Assembly: GCA_039028335.1 (NCBI GenBank)
Contig: JBCCIF010000005.1
Coordinates: forward strand, 1-60,999
Length of the DNA stretch: 60,999 nucleotides
Direction of reading: 5' to 3'
Source: Bacteroidota bacterium
Lineage (GTDB): Bacteria; Bacteroidota; Bacteroidia; Flavobacteriales_D; JABDKJ01
Shown: positions 59,310-60,999 of the stretch, piece after piece
Layout of the letters: each line of letters starts with the position of its first letter
How positions within the stretch are numbered: the first letter of the stretch is position 1
The notes under the pieces: generated by a model
Told to the model about the DNA's origin: nothing
The model's input: only the letters and a program-made list of their open reading frames with translations
Databases searched by the model: none
Program-made: the position numbers and the translations under genes

Positions 59310-59618
59310 ATGTAATTCTCAGTTAATCGTATCCAAAGGTTTTTACTGGTTATTAATGACTATAGTTATGTAGATAATCGAAAATTAGTTTTTCTAGAAT
59401 CCCTTAGTATAATTTTCTACTGAGAAGTCTTAGGTATCTAATTCAATACTTTTGAAAAGAGAAACTAAGTTTCCATTTGTAAAGTTTTAAGCATAGCATA
59501 TGTTTTGAGGAAAAATATTCGATTAAATCAACTTTTTAAAAGGATAAAATCACCTCATCGAAAACGCGTAACAAATTGGATAATCACATGAATGCTGTAT
59601 TCAAATAGCATTTAGCTT

Positions 59619-60317
59619 TCAAACATCACCTTCGTTTTGATGTCTTGAATACATGTATTTCTCGATCACAACTGCAGTAATGATGACCAAATAGAACTGA
59701 CCGGCCAGACCAACGAGCACCGCAGCTTTTTGTGCAACTGTGGTTGCCGGAATAATTTCACCGTAGCCAATAGTCATTAATGTGATGTATGCATAATACA
59801 TAATTCCATCTACACGTAAAGCAAACTCTTCTGATTCGAGCACCTTTCCAACGAAAGAACCCGGATGAAGCAATTCAATGGCCATGAAGAGAAAGAATGC
59901 CAAGAATCCTAATGAGATATATCCACTCATTAGTCCGAAAATAACGTTTCTGTCTACACTCTTCATGCTCCATATTTCTCGTATAATATTCCAAGTCACG
60001 ATCAAATAGAAAATGGAATAGATCAAAAGTCGAATCAAAATGCCATCATCTTCCTGCCTTGACAGCATGGCCTTCCCAAAGTATATGACTGACACCAGAA
60101 AAAGAAGAATACAAAACCACATGAGTCTCTTTGACTTATGGATCAGAATTATACCAATTCCTATGTTGAGCAAAAAGAGCAATGGAAGCAGCGTCTCTTC
60201 GTGAATTGTCTGAGGAACAATGATGGAACCGAATAAGATTAAAAGCTGAATAATGAAAAATACCTCAAACCGATAGATGTATATTCTGTCAAATGTATCT
60301 TTCAATAAACTCTTCAT
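59619..60317 (-). CDS. Potassium channel family (Ion_trans_2) membrane protein
   Basis: YYAYITLMTIGYGEIIP selectivity filter; GQFY. Confidence 0.88.
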   Translation of the reverse strand: MKSLLKDTFDRIYIYRFEVFFIIQLLILFGSIIVPQTIHEETLLPLLFLLNIGIGIILIHKSKRLMWFCILLFLVSVIYFGKAMLSRQEDDGILIRLLIYSIFYLIVTWNIIREIWSMKSVDRNVIFGLMSGYISLGFLAFFLFMAIELLHPGSFVGKVLESEEFALRVDGIMYYAYITLMTIGYGEIIPATTVAQKAAVLVGLAGQFYLVIITAVVIEKYMYSRHQNEGDV

Positions 60318-60413
60318 CCTTTTTGAAAGCGGAAATATACAAATTCACTCATAGAGGATTGAATAAAGAGGAGGATTGGGCAAATTGAATTCAATAGTGC
60401 CTCTTAAATTTTA

Positions 60414-60529
60414 TAGCCCAAATTTTCAAGCAAGATTACCTGCGGTGATCTTGAGGAAGGGGTGATTCAATGAAAAGCCTTATTCGCTGCGCTCTTGGTC
60501 TTTTTCTGTAGCCCAAATTTTCAAGCAAG
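60414..60529 (+). repeat. 21-bp exact direct repeat downstream of tRNA-Pro
   Basis: tagcccaaattttcaagcaag at 60414-60434 and 60509-60529. Confidence 0.8.
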
Positions 60530-60545
60530 CTTCAATTTGAGCTAT

Positions 60546-60580
60546 AAAAAAGCCCTTCACTACGTGAAAGGCTTTTCTTT
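60546..60580 (-). terminator. Terminator hairpin after tRNA-Pro
   Basis: aaaagcccttcac-tac-gtgaaaggctttt flanked by A and T runs. Confidence 0.7.
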
Positions 60581-60581
60581 G

Positions 60582-60656
60582 TCGGGGTGGCAAGATTCGA
60601 ACTTGCGACCTCCTGCTCCCAAAGCAGGCGCGATAACCGGGCTACGCTACACCCCG
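60582..60656 (-). tRNA. tRNA-Pro (TGG)
   Basis: CGGGGTG acceptor stem, anticodon arm CCTGC-TTTGGGA-GCAGG, GTTCGAATC T-loop; CCA not encoded. Confidence 0.97.
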
Positions 60657-60748
60657 TATTTGTATTCCAAAAAATGGAATGCAAATAAATGACTTTTAAT
60701 GAACGGATGCAATAAAAAATAGTTTCCTTTTTCCTTCCGTTTTCATTA

Positions 60749-60870
60749 TTCATTCATCCCTGGCTTCTCCAAGGAATGAATCAAAACATGCTAATATTTC
60801 AATATCCCTTGAAAATCCCCTTTGGGATTAATTTCATTGATCCTCGGCTTCTCCGAGGAATGGATCAAAA
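60749..60870. repeat. Two 38-bp palindromic repeats between the tRNA genes
   Basis: 60749-60786 and 60833-60870 are 33/38 identical, each with a tccYYgg-cttct-ccRagga hairpin. Confidence 0.75.
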
Positions 60871-60888
60871 AAATGAAGCCTTTCGCTT

Positions 60889-60918
60889 AAAAAACTGAAT
60901 GCTAGCTTTCAGTTTTTT
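60889..60918 (-). terminator. Terminator after tRNA-Arg
   Basis: aaaaaactgaa-tgctagct-ttcagtttttt. Confidence 0.7.
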
Positions 60919-60953
60919 CTCTTCAGCCTTCAAAGATTTTTTTGATCACCAAG

Positions 60954-60999
60954 TGATCGCGCCAGGATTCGAACCTGGGACCGTCTGCTTAGAAGGCAG
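60954..60999 (-). tRNA. tRNA-Arg (TCT), 3' half; truncated by the window end
   Basis: Minus strand CTGC-CTTCTAA-GCAG anticodon arm, CCAGG-TTCGAAT-CCTGG T-arm, CGCGATCA 3' end. Confidence 0.9.

Noticed and set aside
60495-60753. ORFs 60495-60692 and 60532-60753
   Set aside because: They are translations across tRNA-Pro.
60749-60870. Palindromic 38-bp repeats as a mini-CRISPR
   Set aside because: Only two imperfect copies, with no cas genes or leader.

Overview
AT-rich, gene-dense chromosomal window from a Bacteroidota genome, probably Flavobacteriales. The lineage call rests on T9SS C-terminal domains, TAnnTTTG promoters and gene order. Contents from left to right: the 3' end of a T9SS cargo gene; an HlyD-like/VTC polyphosphate polymerase/DUF4956 operon; housekeeping genes (ilvE, recQ-mpg-rlmI, aroE); a signal-peptide-bearing CpcT/CpeT-like protein; a 14-repeat FG-GAP T9SS protein; a near-complete heme pathway (hemACDEFBL divergent from araC-hemH-hemG) with a Fur-box-like site; a TonB receptor/DUF4249 pair; a phenylacetate operon (paaEABCDHZ plus a crotonase) with a TetR and its palindromic operator; a stand-alone AprA-type methyltransferase; pfkA; tRNA-Pro and a partial tRNA-Arg. 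Best leads: (1) two unrelated genes (OmpA-like, four-helix-bundle) sit inside the paa operon, each bracketed by inverted short-unit repeats that could loop it out of the mRNA and bring the flanking stop and start codons together, and the same AATCAAAAT repeat recurs around hemH; (2) the VTC/DUF4956/membrane-fusion module may be a polyphosphate synthesis-and-export system. Family calls come from motif recognition by eye; no database searches were run.
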